This document shows positions 20,365-29,543 of a DNA stretch of 64,000 nucleotides, one piece after another (the first letter of the stretch is position 1; each line of letters opens with the position of its first letter). The stretch lies in contig JBKHBO010000003.1 of the NCBI GenBank assembly GCA_046542315.1, positions 16,101 through 80,100 of the forward strand, given 5' to 3'. This DNA comes from Clostridia bacterium. Its GTDB lineage: Bacteria > Bacillota > UBA994 > PWPR01. The position numbers and the translations under genes were made by a program. The notes below the pieces were generated by a model. That model ran no database searches and was not told the DNA's origin. It worked only from the letters and a program-made list of their open reading frames with translations.

Positions 20365-21279
20365 ATGAGTTTTATAAAAAAGATGAAAAAGGGTCTAAGT
20401 AAGACAAGAAATAGTTTAGCTAAAAAAATATATGACACTTTTTTGAAGTATAAATATGTTAGTGAAGAGTTGTATGAAGAGCTTGAAGAAACACTGATAA
20501 CCTCAGATATAAGTGCTGAACTAGCTTTTGAGTTTTTAGATAGCTTAAGAGAGAGAGCTCATAAAGATAAGATTGAAGATGCTCAAGAGCTATATAAAGC
20601 ATTACAAAGCATTATTATTGATGAAATTCCGGAAGAGTCAGAGTTAAACATTAACAATGAGCTGTCAGTAATTCTACTAGTTGGAGTTAATGGTGTTGGA
20701 AAAACCACTTCAGCGGGTAAGATTGCTCAAATGTTAAAAGATAAAAATAAAAAGGTTATGCTAGTTGCTGCAGATACATTTAGAGCAGCTGCAGCTGAAC
20801 AACTATCTATATGGGCCGAAAGAACTAATAGTTTAATTGTAAAACATGATGCAGGAGGGGATCCTGCTGCAGTTATTTATGATGCAATTCATTCTGCAAG
20901 AGCAAAAGGGGTAGATGTATTAATAGTAGATACGGCTGGCAGATTGCACAATAAGAAGAATTTAATGAATGAGTTAGCTAAAATTAATAGAGTTCTTTCA
21001 AGAGAAATTGATGGGGCTCCACATGAAACTCTTTTAGTAATTGATGCCACTACTGGCCAAAATGGATTGTATCAAGCTGAAGCTTTTAATGAAGCTACAG
21101 ATTTAACAGGTATGATTTTAACCAAGATGGATGGTACAGCAAAAGGTGGAATTGTTTTTAATATTTCAAAAAACTTTGGTGTTCCAGTGAAGTTTATTGG
21201 CGTAGGAGAAAAGGTAGATGACTTAATTCCTTTTGATAAGAAAGACTTTATTGAAGCATTATTTGAGGATGTCAAGTAA
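20365..21279 (+). CDS. ftsY: signal recognition particle receptor FtsY
   Basis: ATG 20365 lies 8 nt after AAGGAG. GVNGVGKTTSAGK, DTAGRLHNK, TKMDGTAKGG. Confidence 0.95.
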   Translation: MSFIKKMKKGLSKTRNSLAKKIYDTFLKYKYVSEELYEELEETLITSDISAELAFEFLDSLRERAHKDKIEDAQELYKALQSIIIDEIPEESELNINNELSVILLVGVNGVGKTTSAGKIAQMLKDKNKKVMLVAADTFRAAAAEQLSIWAERTNSLIVKHDAGGDPAAVIYDAIHSARAKGVDVLIVDTAGRLHNKKNLMNELAKINRVLSREIDGAPHETLLVIDATTGQNGLYQAEAFNEATDLTGMILTKMDGTAKGGIVFNISKNFGVPVKFIGVGEKVDDLIPFDKKDFIEALFEDVK

Positions 21280-21285
21280 AAACAC

Positions 21286-21313
21286 TTGACATTTCTTTAT
21301 TTGGTGATAAAAT
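21286..21313 (+). promoter_or_regulatory. sigma-A-type promoter with extended -10 (TTGACA, 16 nt, TGaTAAAAT)
   Basis: -35 at 21286-21291 and -10 at 21308-21313, upstream of ylxM-ffh. Confidence 0.5.
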
Positions 21314-21337
21314 ATATAAATGTGCTTGGAGGAAGCT

Positions 21338-21673
21338 ATGATTGAACATACGATAAGGATTAATTATTTATTAGATTTTTATAAGATGTTATTAACAGAT
21401 AAGCAAAAATTTGCTTTAGAGATGTATTATCAAGAAGATTTGTCACTAGTAGAGATAGCTCAAAACTTAGATGTTAGTAGGCAAGCAATATATGATTTGT
21501 TAAAAAGAGGCGAAGGTATTTTAGAAGAGTATGAAGAAAAGTTACAACTCTATAGTAAATACATCAATAGACAAGAAAAAGCTGATAAAATAATCGAGTT
21601 CATTAGTGAAAACATTGAAAGAAATGAAACAAAAGAAAAACTCATAATAAGAATACAGAAATTAGTTGATTAG
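21338..21673 (+). CDS. ylxM: YlxM family (UPF0122) putative DNA-binding protein
   Basis: ATG 21338 follows GGAGGA. Sigma-70 region-4-like HTH (LSLVEIAQNLDVSRQAIYDLLKR). Conserved position upstream of ffh. Confidence 0.8.
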   Translation: MIEHTIRINYLLDFYKMLLTDKQKFALEMYYQEDLSLVEIAQNLDVSRQAIYDLLKRGEGILEEYEEKLQLYSKYINRQEKADKIIEFISENIERNETKEKLIIRIQKLVD

Positions 21674-21684
21674 GAGGTGAAGTT

Positions 21685-23019
21685 ATGGCATTTGAAGGAC
21701 TTTCAGAAAAACTACAAGAAACATTCAAGTCCTTAAGAGGAAAAGGTAAGCTTTCTGAAAAAGATGTAAAAAGTGCAATGCGTGAAGTTCGCATGGCTCT
21801 TTTGCAAGCTGACGTAAACTTCAAAGTTGTAAAAGAATTTATTAGTAATGTGCAAGAGAGAGCTGTAGGAGAGAGTGTATTAAAAAGCATAACTCCTGGT
21901 CAACAAGTTATTAAGATAGTTAATGATGAGTTGGTAAAACTGTTGGGAGGTTCAAGTGTTAAACTTGAGTTATCAAAGAGCAAACCTCACTCAATTGTAC
22001 TAGCCGGATTGCAGGGCGCAGGTAAAACTACTCATGCAGGTAAACTAGCGCAACACTTAAGAAAAAATGGGAGAAGCCCGTTATTAGTAGCTTGTGATAT
22101 TTACAGACCAGCAGCAATTGAACAATTAAAAATAATAGGAAAACAATTAGATATAGATGTCTTTAGTATGGAGAATGAGAAGAATGTAGTAAAGATTGCG
22201 AAAGAAGCAAAAAACTATGCTATTAATAAAGCAAACGATGTATTAATAGTTGATACAGCAGGTAGACTGCATATAGATGAAAAATTGATGGATGAACTTA
22301 ATTCTTTAGCAGAGTTTTTGAATCCAGACGAACTATTATTAGTAGTAGATGGTATGACAGGACAAGATGCAGTAAACGTTGCTCAAACATTTAAGAAAGA
22401 TCTTGATTTAACTGGCGCTATAATGACGAAGTTAGACGGAGATACTCGAGGTGGAGCAGCATTATCTATCCGTGCAGTGACTGGAGTACCAATCAAATTT
22501 ATTGGTACTGGTGAGAAGCTTAATGCACTTGAATCTTTCCATCCAGATAGAATGGCATCAAGAATTTTAGGTATGGGTGATGTATTAACTCTCATAGAAA
22601 AAGCACAAGATTCTGCCAATGAACAAAAAATGAAAGAATTAGAAGAAAAGATTAGAAAAGATAAATTTACTTTTAATGATTTCTTAGTGCAATTAGAGCA
22701 GATGAAAAATATGGGTCCTTTAGAAGATTTATTAAGTATGATCCCAGGCATGGGTAATGCTAAACAATTAAAAAACTTACAAGTTGATGACAATGAGTTG
22801 AAAAGCATAGAGGCAATTGTTCTATCGATGACTTTAAAGGAAAGAGAAAATCCCGAGATCATTAACTCTAGTAGAAAGAGAAGGATTGCAAAGGGTAGTG
22901 GTACAAATGTACCAATGGTTAACAGATTACTTAAACAATTTTCTCAAACAAGAAAGATGTTAAAACAGTTTAACTCTTCAAGCAAGAGTAATAAATCACG
23001 ATTTAAATTACCATTTTAA
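21685..23019 (+). CDS. ffh: signal recognition particle protein Ffh
   Basis: GLQGAGKTT, DTAGRLH, TKLDGDTRGGAALS, Met-rich M domain. Confidence 0.95.
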   Translation: MAFEGLSEKLQETFKSLRGKGKLSEKDVKSAMREVRMALLQADVNFKVVKEFISNVQERAVGESVLKSITPGQQVIKIVNDELVKLLGGSSVKLELSKSKPHSIVLAGLQGAGKTTHAGKLAQHLRKNGRSPLLVACDIYRPAAIEQLKIIGKQLDIDVFSMENEKNVVKIAKEAKNYAINKANDVLIVDTAGRLHIDEKLMDELNSLAEFLNPDELLLVVDGMTGQDAVNVAQTFKKDLDLTGAIMTKLDGDTRGGAALSIRAVTGVPIKFIGTGEKLNALESFHPDRMASRILGMGDVLTLIEKAQDSANEQKMKELEEKIRKDKFTFNDFLVQLEQMKNMGPLEDLLSMIPGMGNAKQLKNLQVDDNELKSIEAIVLSMTLKERENPEIINSSRKRRIAKGSGTNVPMVNRLLKQFSQTRKMLKQFNSSSKSNKSRFKLPF

Positions 23020-23037
23020 CTGAGAGGAGGTGGCAAT

Positions 23038-23292
23038 ATGGCGACAAAAATTAGATTAAAAAGATTAGGTGCAAAAAAATCACCTTTTTACAGAATTGTA
23101 ATAGCAGATTCTAGAGCACCTAGAGATGGAAAATTCATTGAAGAAATTGGCTATTATAATCCGACACGAGATCCATCAGAATTAAGTGTGAAGGTAGATA
23201 GAGCTAAGTATTGGTTAGGTACAGGTGCTCAACCATCTAGAACAGTAAAAACTATTTTTAACAAAGCAGGAGTCTATGATGAGGAGGCGTAA
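23038..23292 (+). CDS. rpsP: 30S ribosomal protein S16
   Basis: [21 protein letters not shown]. Confidence 0.95.
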   Translation: MATKIRLKRLGAKKSPFYRIVIADSRAPRDGKFIEEIGYYNPTRDPSELSVKVDRAKYWLGTGAQPSRTVKTIFNKAGVYDEEA

Positions 23293-23295
23293 AGC

Positions 23296-23535
23296 ATGAA
23301 AGCTATTGTAGAATTAATGGCAAAGGCACTTGTAGATGATCCTGAAAATGTCAATGTAAATGAAAAAGAAGATGACAGAGGATTATTAATAGAATTAAGA
23401 GTTCCAGAGCATGATATGGGCAGAGTTATTGGTAAAAAAGGTAGAACAGCTAAAGCTATGCGTTCAATAGTAAAAGCTGCTGGAATGAGAACTGGTCAGC
23501 ATGTTTGGATTGATATAGATGTCCATGGAAAATAG
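23296..23535 (+). CDS. KH domain RNA-binding protein (YlqC, UPF0109)
   Basis: GRVIGKKGRTAKAMRSIV GxxG loop. Conserved rpsP-KH-rimM position. Confidence 0.85.
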   Translation: MKAIVELMAKALVDDPENVNVNEKEDDRGLLIELRVPEHDMGRVIGKKGRTAKAMRSIVKAAGMRTGQHVWIDIDVHGK

Positions 23536-23941
23536 CAAAGACACTATAGAAATTATAACTCCTGTCACAATTAAATCGATTGTAACAGAAGATCTAATTA
23601 CCTCAATAAAAAATAGAATTGAGGACAGTTTAGAAACATTGACTCAAAAAATACACCAACTTGATTATCAAAAGCAGTATTTAGAAATGCAAAAGAATAA
23701 AGATGATTCTGCTAAAGAAAAAACTTATGCCCAAATTAGGCAAGTAGAAAATGATATTAGATCTCAGATTCAAAGAATTAAGGACCAAGAAGCCCAAGTT
23801 GACTCATGGGAATTAGGCCAAGAAGTAGTTATGACAAAAAGAGACAGCATAAGTAGATATAAAGTTGGAGATAAATTTCATGAAGATGAACAATATCAAA
23901 TCATTGTAAAAGATGGTGTAATTCAAGAAATAAGAAGGTAG
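23519..23941 (+). CDS. YlqD family protein
   Basis: 140-aa coiled-coil-rich protein between ylqC and rimM, as in Bacillus. Overlaps the preceding gene by 17 nt. The family call rests mainly on position. Confidence 0.6.
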   Translation: MSMENSKDTIEIITPVTIKSIVTEDLITSIKNRIEDSLETLTQKIHQLDYQKQYLEMQKNKDDSAKEKTYAQIRQVENDIRSQIQRIKDQEAQVDSWELGQEVVMTKRDSISRYKVGDKFHEDEQYQIIVKDGVIQEIRR

Positions 23942-23946
23942 CAAAA

Positions 23947-24465
23947 ATGGTAGATAGATTTATAAAAGTAGCTAAATTAGGATCACCACATGGTCTTAAA
24001 GGATATGTTAAAATAATACCTATCATAGATCCTCCTGAATTATTACATGAACTACAAAGCATATTTTTTGAGAATGATAGTAACAACTATATGCAACTAG
24101 ATATAGAAGTAATGAAGCCATATAAAAAAAATAGTTGGCTATTCAAGGCTAAACAGTGGCAATCAATAGATGATATTGAGAACTTTGTTAATATGTATTT
24201 GGTTTGTAATAAAGAAGAATTACCAAAGCTAGCTAAAAATCAATATTACATAGGTGATATTATAGGTTGTACAGTAGTCGATTTGGACAATAAATATCTG
24301 GGCAAGATTTTAGATGTTTTACAATACTCTTCTAGTGATATATACAAGATAGGAGAGGGTAGTAAGAGTTTTCTTTTGCCTGCTGTTAAAGAGTTTATTA
24401 AAGATATTAATATTGATAAGAAACTAGTTCAGGTTAAATTACCAGAGGGAATAGAGGAAATATAG
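23947..24465 (+). CDS. rimM: 16S rRNA processing protein RimM
   Basis: VAKLGSPHGLKGYVKI N-terminus, PRC-barrel C-terminus, synteny. Confidence 0.9.
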   Translation: MVDRFIKVAKLGSPHGLKGYVKIIPIIDPPELLHELQSIFFENDSNNYMQLDIEVMKPYKKNSWLFKAKQWQSIDDIENFVNMYLVCNKEELPKLAKNQYYIGDIIGCTVVDLDNKYLGKILDVLQYSSSDIYKIGEGSKSFLLPAVKEFIKDINIDKKLVQVKLPEGIEEI

Positions 24466-24466
24466 A

Positions 24467-25156
24467 ATGAAAATTTCAATATTGACGATTTTTCCTGAGT
24501 ATGTAATTAGTTGTCTTGATTATAGTATAATTGGCAAAGCTATAAATAATAATTTAGTTGAAGTCGATGTTATTAATATTCGAGACTATGCATTAGATAA
24601 ACATAAAATGACGGATGATTCTCCTTATGGTGGAGGCGCTGGTATGATTATGAAACCAGAGCCGATTTTTAATGCTTTTGATGATATTGAACCAGACTTT
24701 CACTCAATATTAATGACTCCACAGGGTAAAAGGCTGAATCAAGAAAAAGTTATAAGTCTTTCAGAGCATAATCATATTGTAATTTTATGTGGACATTACG
24801 AGGGAATTGACCAAAGAGTACGGGATAAACTTATAGATGAAGAAATTTCTATAGGAGACTACGTATTAACTGGGGGAGAACTGCCAGCTATTATACTGGT
24901 TGACGCTATTTCCAGATATATTCCAGGAGTTTTAGGGAATGAAGAAAGTTTGATAGAAGAATCTTTTGTTAACGATTTGTTAGAATATCCGCATTATACT
25001 AGACCAAGAAGTTATAGGGGTATGGAGGTGCCAGAAGTGTTGCTTTCTGGTAACCATCAATTAATCGCTAAATGGAGAAAAGAAAAATCTATAAATAAAA
25101 CTAAAGAGGTAAGAAAAGACTTGCTTGAAAAAAATAAGAACAGTGAAAAGAGGTGA
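24467..25156 (+). CDS. trmD: tRNA (guanine37-N1)-methyltransferase
   Basis: [37 protein letters not shown]. Confidence 0.95.
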   Translation: MKISILTIFPEYVISCLDYSIIGKAINNNLVEVDVINIRDYALDKHKMTDDSPYGGGAGMIMKPEPIFNAFDDIEPDFHSILMTPQGKRLNQEKVISLSEHNHIVILCGHYEGIDQRVRDKLIDEEISIGDYVLTGGELPAIILVDAISRYIPGVLGNEESLIEESFVNDLLEYPHYTRPRSYRGMEVPEVLLSGNHQLIAKWRKEKSINKTKEVRKDLLEKNKNSEKR

Positions 25157-25160
25157 CACA

Positions 25161-25502
25161 ATGGATTTAATAAGATCTATAGAGAATGAACAAATGAAAA
25201 AAGATGTTCCAGATTTTAAACCTGGAGATACTGTTCGTGTTCATGTTAAAGTAGTTGAGGGGTCTAGAGAAAGAATTCAGGTTTTCGAAGGAATTGTAAT
25301 GAAGAAAAAAGGCGGTAGCTCTAAGGAGACCTTTACTGTTAGAAGAGTATCTTATGGTGTAGGAACAGAAAGAGTTTTTCCAGTCCATTCTCCTAAATTA
25401 GATAAAATTGAGGTTGTTCGTAAGGGTAGTGTTAGAAGAGCAAAACTTAATTATTTAAGAAAGAGAAAAGGAAAGTCAGCTAGAGTCAGAGAAAAAAGAT
25501 AA
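25161..25502 (+). CDS. rplS: 50S ribosomal protein L19
   Basis: Start trimmed to ATG 25161. [18 protein letters not shown]...RIQVFEG. Confidence 0.95.
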   Translation: MDLIRSIENEQMKKDVPDFKPGDTVRVHVKVVEGSRERIQVFEGIVMKKKGGSSKETFTVRRVSYGVGTERVFPVHSPKLDKIEVVRKGSVRRAKLNYLRKRKGKSARVREKR

Positions 25503-25508
25503 TTAAAT

Positions 25509-25548
25509 AAGCATATTGGAAATAAGATAATTCCGATATGCTTTTTTC
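25509..25548 (+). terminator. rho-independent terminator
   Basis: AAGCATATTGGAA...TTCCGATATGCTT stem (one G-U pair) followed by TTTTTT. Confidence 0.8.
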
Positions 25549-25602
25549 ATTTTAAAAATATGTGTATATCTAATTAAATATGAAAAATTATTCAATAAAC
25601 AT

Positions 25603-25631
25603 TTGAAAAAACTAGTTATGTCTAATATTAT
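25603..25631 (+). promoter_or_regulatory. possible sigma-A promoter (TTGAAA, 17 nt, TATTAT)
   Basis: -35 at 25603-25608 and -10 at 25626-25631, upstream of rbgA. The AT-rich context makes chance matches likely. Confidence 0.35.
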
Positions 25632-25674
25632 AGAGAAGGTATGGGAAATATCATATTAAAAATTATTTAAAGAG

Positions 25675-26493
25675 GTGAGTAACATTAATATACATTGGTA
25701 TCCAGGTCACATGAATAAAGCAATGAACAACATAAAAGACCTTGTAAAACAAGTAGATGCTGTTGTTGAAGTTAGAGATGCAAGAATACCTATGACTAGT
25801 AGTAATCCTGAATTAAGGTCAATAATTAATGGTAAGCCTCTTATAATCATTCTTAATAAGTCTGACTTAGCTAGTAAAGAGGGAAACGAGATATGGCTTG
25901 AATGGTTTGATAAGACAAACCAACAAGTTATAGTAACAAATAGCAAAAATAATAAGAGGCGCAAAAATGATTTAAAAATGATTGCTAGTTATGCAGAGAA
26001 TTTTGTTAAGAAGAGTAGAATCACAAAAAAGCCTTTACGTATTCCAAGAATATTGATTGTAGGAATTCCTAACGTTGGGAAGTCATCAATAATCAACTAT
26101 TTAACTGGAAGAAAAGCAGCAAGGATAGGTGCAAAGCCAGGACTTACTAGAGGTAAACAAATGATCACAGTTGCTGATAAAATTCAAATAGTTGATACTC
26201 CAGGGGTTTTATGGCCTAAAATCGAGAATAAAGAAGATGGTATAAAGCTCGCATCAACGGGAGCAATAAAAGATACAAACTTTGAGATTGATGACATAAT
26301 TGAATTTATTGTAAGCCTAGTAGATAAAGAAGTTTTTTGGTATGATTATGTAGAGAATTTCGCAAAAAATAGGAATTTTCTTTTGTCAGAAGATAGATAT
26401 GATGTAAACAGAGCAAAGCAAACTATATTGCTTGAATTCCAAGAAGGAAGTCTTGGTAAATTTACTCTAGAGAGACCAAAAGATGAATTTTAA
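25675..26493 (+). CDS. rbgA: ribosome biogenesis GTPase A (YlqF/RbgA)
   Basis: GTG start. HWYPGHMNKA; circularly permuted GTPase order NKSDL, then GIPNVGKSS, then DTPG. Confidence 0.9.
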   Translation: MSNINIHWYPGHMNKAMNNIKDLVKQVDAVVEVRDARIPMTSSNPELRSIINGKPLIIILNKSDLASKEGNEIWLEWFDKTNQQVIVTNSKNNKRRKNDLKMIASYAENFVKKSRITKKPLRIPRILIVGIPNVGKSSIINYLTGRKAARIGAKPGLTRGKQMITVADKIQIVDTPGVLWPKIENKEDGIKLASTGAIKDTNFEIDDIIEFIVSLVDKEVFWYDYVENFAKNRNFLLSEDRYDVNRAKQTILLEFQEGSLGKFTLERPKDEF

Positions 26494-27262
26494 CAAAAAA
26501 ACTATTAAAGAGATTAATCATATACTCAAAGCTAGAAGATTAGAAGATGATTATAGAAATATCATTGCAACTTTAGTAGGTGATGATAGAAAAGGTGTTC
26601 AAAAACTATGTGAGAGAGAATTGAAGTATCTAGATCAGCTTGAAGAAGAAAAAAAAATGTGTGAAAAAATGTTTTCTTTTGAAAAAGAACTAAACTTCAA
26701 AGGTTATAATTACATAGCAGGAATAGATGAAGCTGGTAGAGGACCACTAGCAGGTCCAGTCGTAGTAGCTTCAGTCATATTAGGAGAGCTTGAGCCTGAT
26801 GTTTTATATCAGGACTCTAAAATAATTTCACAGAATAAGAGAGAAAATTTGTATGATTATATTGTCAATAATTCAATTAGTTACTCAATAAGTGTAATTG
26901 ACTGTAAAAGAATTGATGAAGTTAATATTTTAAATGCAACATTAGAAGGCATGAGAGAATGTGTAGTAAACTTAAAAAAACAACCTGAATATGTTTTAGT
27001 AGATGGCAATATGAAAATACCTAATATCAAAGTCAACCAAAATAACTATATAGGCGGTGATGCAAAAGTAAGGGTTATCTCAGCAGCATCAATATTAGCA
27101 AAAGTTTATAGAGATAGGATAATGACTGAGTTTGATAAGAAGTATCCGCTATATAAATTTGCTAAGCATAAGGGTTATGGAACACAAGAACATATAGCTT
27201 TAATTCAAAAGTATGGACCTTGTGAGATTCATAGACAAAGTTTTTTAAGTAATATTTTATAA
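26483..27262 (+). CDS. rnhB: ribonuclease HII
   Basis: GIDEAGRGPLAGPVV, DSK, KGYG..EH. Confidence 0.9.
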   Translation: MNFNKKTIKEINHILKARRLEDDYRNIIATLVGDDRKGVQKLCERELKYLDQLEEEKKMCEKMFSFEKELNFKGYNYIAGIDEAGRGPLAGPVVVASVILGELEPDVLYQDSKIISQNKRENLYDYIVNNSISYSISVIDCKRIDEVNILNATLEGMRECVVNLKKQPEYVLVDGNMKIPNIKVNQNNYIGGDAKVRVISAASILAKVYRDRIMTEFDKKYPLYKFAKHKGYGTQEHIALIQKYGPCEIHRQSFLSNIL

Positions 27263-27305
27263 AAGTTGTTAGTGAAGTTGAAATATAAGTTTAGGAGGAA
27301 TAAGG

Positions 27306-28622
27306 GTGGCAGCTGAAACTTTTAAGGGGGGAATACACCCTCCAGAGCACAAAGAATATACAGAGGATTTAGCAATTGAAAAATTGCCTTTGCCTAAAAC
27401 TGTAGTGATTCCACTTCTTCAACATATAGGAGCACCTTGTGAGCCAATAGTTAAAGTGAAAGATCATGTTAAAGTTGGACAAAAGATTGCTGAGATGCAG
27501 GGATTTGTATCTGCACCAATCCATGCTACAGTTTCTGGAATTGTCAAAAAGATTAGTGACAGGGAAATTTCAAGTGGGAATAAAACTCTTTGTATTGAGA
27601 TTGAAAGTGATGAGAAAGATGAGTGGATACAAGAACCAATAAATCGCTCTCTAGAAGATTTGAGTCCTGCTGAAATTATTAATGTGATGAAAGAAGCTGG
27701 AATCGTAGGTATGGGTGGAGCAGGATTCCCTACACATGTTAAATTTTCTTTACCAGAGGATGTAAATGTAGACACAATAATATTGAATGGAGCAGAATGC
27801 GAGCCATATTTAACATGTGATTACAGATTAATGATGGAACATGGAGAAGAAGTTGTTTTTGGTTTAAAAGCAATGATGAAAGCAATAAAGATTAATAAAG
27901 GAATAATTGCTATTGAAAATAATAAACCTTTAGCAATAAAAACCATGCAGGAAATAACTAAAGACATAGATGAAATTAGAGTAGTAGCTTTAGAGACAAA
28001 ATATCCTCAAGGTGGAGAGAAACAGCTTATTGATGCTGTACTTAAGCGCCAGGTTCCATCGGGAAAATTACCAATGCATATAGGAGTAGTAGTCAACAAT
28101 ATACATACAGCGTACTCTGTGGGGATGGCTGTTAAAACAGGACTACCATTAGTGGAAAGAGTTTTAACAATAAGCGGTCAAGGAGTTAATGACCCTAAGA
28201 ATGTGCTTGTCAGATTCGGTATGTTGTATGAAGATATATTACAATACTGTGGCGGGTTGAAAGAGAATACTAAAAAAGTAGTAGTAAGTGCTCCTATGAC
28301 AGGTTTTGCACAATATAGATTAGATTTTCCAATCGATAAAAGAATCTCCGGTGTTGTAGCTCTAACAGATAATGAAATTAATATGACTCCTGAAAGCATA
28401 TGTATTAGATGTGGAAGATGTGTAGATGTGTGTCCTATTAATTTAGTACCTAGTAGACTAGATAAACTTGCACGATTAAAAAGATATGAACAGGCTGATG
28501 AATATAACATAATGGATTGTATAGAATGCAGCAGTTGTGCTTATATATGTCCTGCTCATAGACACTTATTGCAATCTATTGTAAGTGGAAAAAATGCTGT
28601 TAGAGCAATGAAGGACAATTAG
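27306..28622 (+). CDS. rnfC: Rnf electron transport complex subunit C
   Basis: GTG start after AGGAGG. GMGGAGFPTHVK; two 4Fe-4S motifs CIRCGRCVDVCP and CIECSSCAYICP. Confidence 0.9.
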   Translation: MAAETFKGGIHPPEHKEYTEDLAIEKLPLPKTVVIPLLQHIGAPCEPIVKVKDHVKVGQKIAEMQGFVSAPIHATVSGIVKKISDREISSGNKTLCIEIESDEKDEWIQEPINRSLEDLSPAEIINVMKEAGIVGMGGAGFPTHVKFSLPEDVNVDTIILNGAECEPYLTCDYRLMMEHGEEVVFGLKAMMKAIKINKGIIAIENNKPLAIKTMQEITKDIDEIRVVALETKYPQGGEKQLIDAVLKRQVPSGKLPMHIGVVVNNIHTAYSVGMAVKTGLPLVERVLTISGQGVNDPKNVLVRFGMLYEDILQYCGGLKENTKKVVVSAPMTGFAQYRLDFPIDKRISGVVALTDNEINMTPESICIRCGRCVDVCPINLVPSRLDKLARLKRYEQADEYNIMDCIECSSCAYICPAHRHLLQSIVSGKNAVRAMKDN

Positions 28623-28634
28623 GAGGGGATATAT

Positions 28635-29543
28635 ATGGATTTAATAATAACTCATAGTCCTCACTTTAGGACTGATCAAACAACGAAGAAAGTAATGATT
28701 GATGTTTTAATTGCTTTAACACCAGTAAGTATTGCTGCTGTTATATATTTTGGGGTAGAAGCTTTAATCCTTATGTTAGTCAGCATGTTTACAGCAATGT
28801 TAACTGAATCATTTTTATACAACAAAAAAGAAGGAATTTCTGAAGTATTCAAAAATATGTTTGGAGATGGTAGTGCGGCTGTAACCGGATTAATATTTGC
28901 TCATGTAGTATCACCTCTTTTACCAATATGGATAGCTATATTAGGATCCTTTTTTGCGATATTTATTGGAAAATATGTATTTGGTGGTATTGGGAGTAAT
29001 ACATTTAATCCAGCATTAGTGGGTAGAGCAATTTTAGTTGCCTCATTTCCTGCTCAAATGACTACTTGGTTAAATCCTATTGATGCTGCAACAGGAGCTA
29101 CACCTCTAGTTACAGGAACTGCTGATAAATTACCAATGTTTTTAGGTATGATAGGTGGTAGTTTAGGTGAAACTTCTGCATTAGCTATATTAGTTGGAGC
29201 TGCTTACTTACTTTATAAGAAACACATTACCTGGCACACGCCAGTTGCTTTTGTAGGTAGTGTAGCAATATTATCTTATGTATTTGGAGTAGATCCAATT
29301 TATGCTATTTTAGCTGGTGGTGTAATGTATGGTGCATTCTTTATGGCAACGGATATGGTTACAACACCTATAACAAGAAAAGGACAGTTTATTTTTGGTC
29401 TAGGTTGTGGATTGATAACCATAATTATAAGAGAGTTTGGAGCTTTGCCAGAAGGTGTTATGTTTTCAATATTAATAATGAACTCATTAACTCCTTTAAT
29501 TGATAGATTGGTAAAACCTCGTTTATTTGGAGGTGGGAAATAA
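28635..29543 (+). CDS. rnfD: Rnf complex subunit D
   Basis: Polytopic membrane protein with the NqrB/RnfD flavinylation motif DAATGATPL. Confidence 0.9.
   Translation: MDLIITHSPHFRTDQTTKKVMIDVLIALTPVSIAAVIYFGVEALILMLVSMFTAMLTESFLYNKKEGISEVFKNMFGDGSAAVTGLIFAHVVSPLLPIWIAILGSFFAIFIGKYVFGGIGSNTFNPALVGRAILVASFPAQMTTWLNPIDAATGATPLVTGTADKLPMFLGMIGGSLGETSALAILVGAAYLLYKKHITWHTPVAFVGSVAILSYVFGVDPIYAILAGGVMYGAFFMATDMVTTPITRKGQFIFGLGCGLITIIIREFGALPEGVMFSILIMNSLTPLIDRLVKPRLFGGGK

Noticed and set aside
22383-22862. 159-aa minus-strand ORF inside ffh
   Set aside because: It is a shadow ORF antisense to the SRP protein gene.
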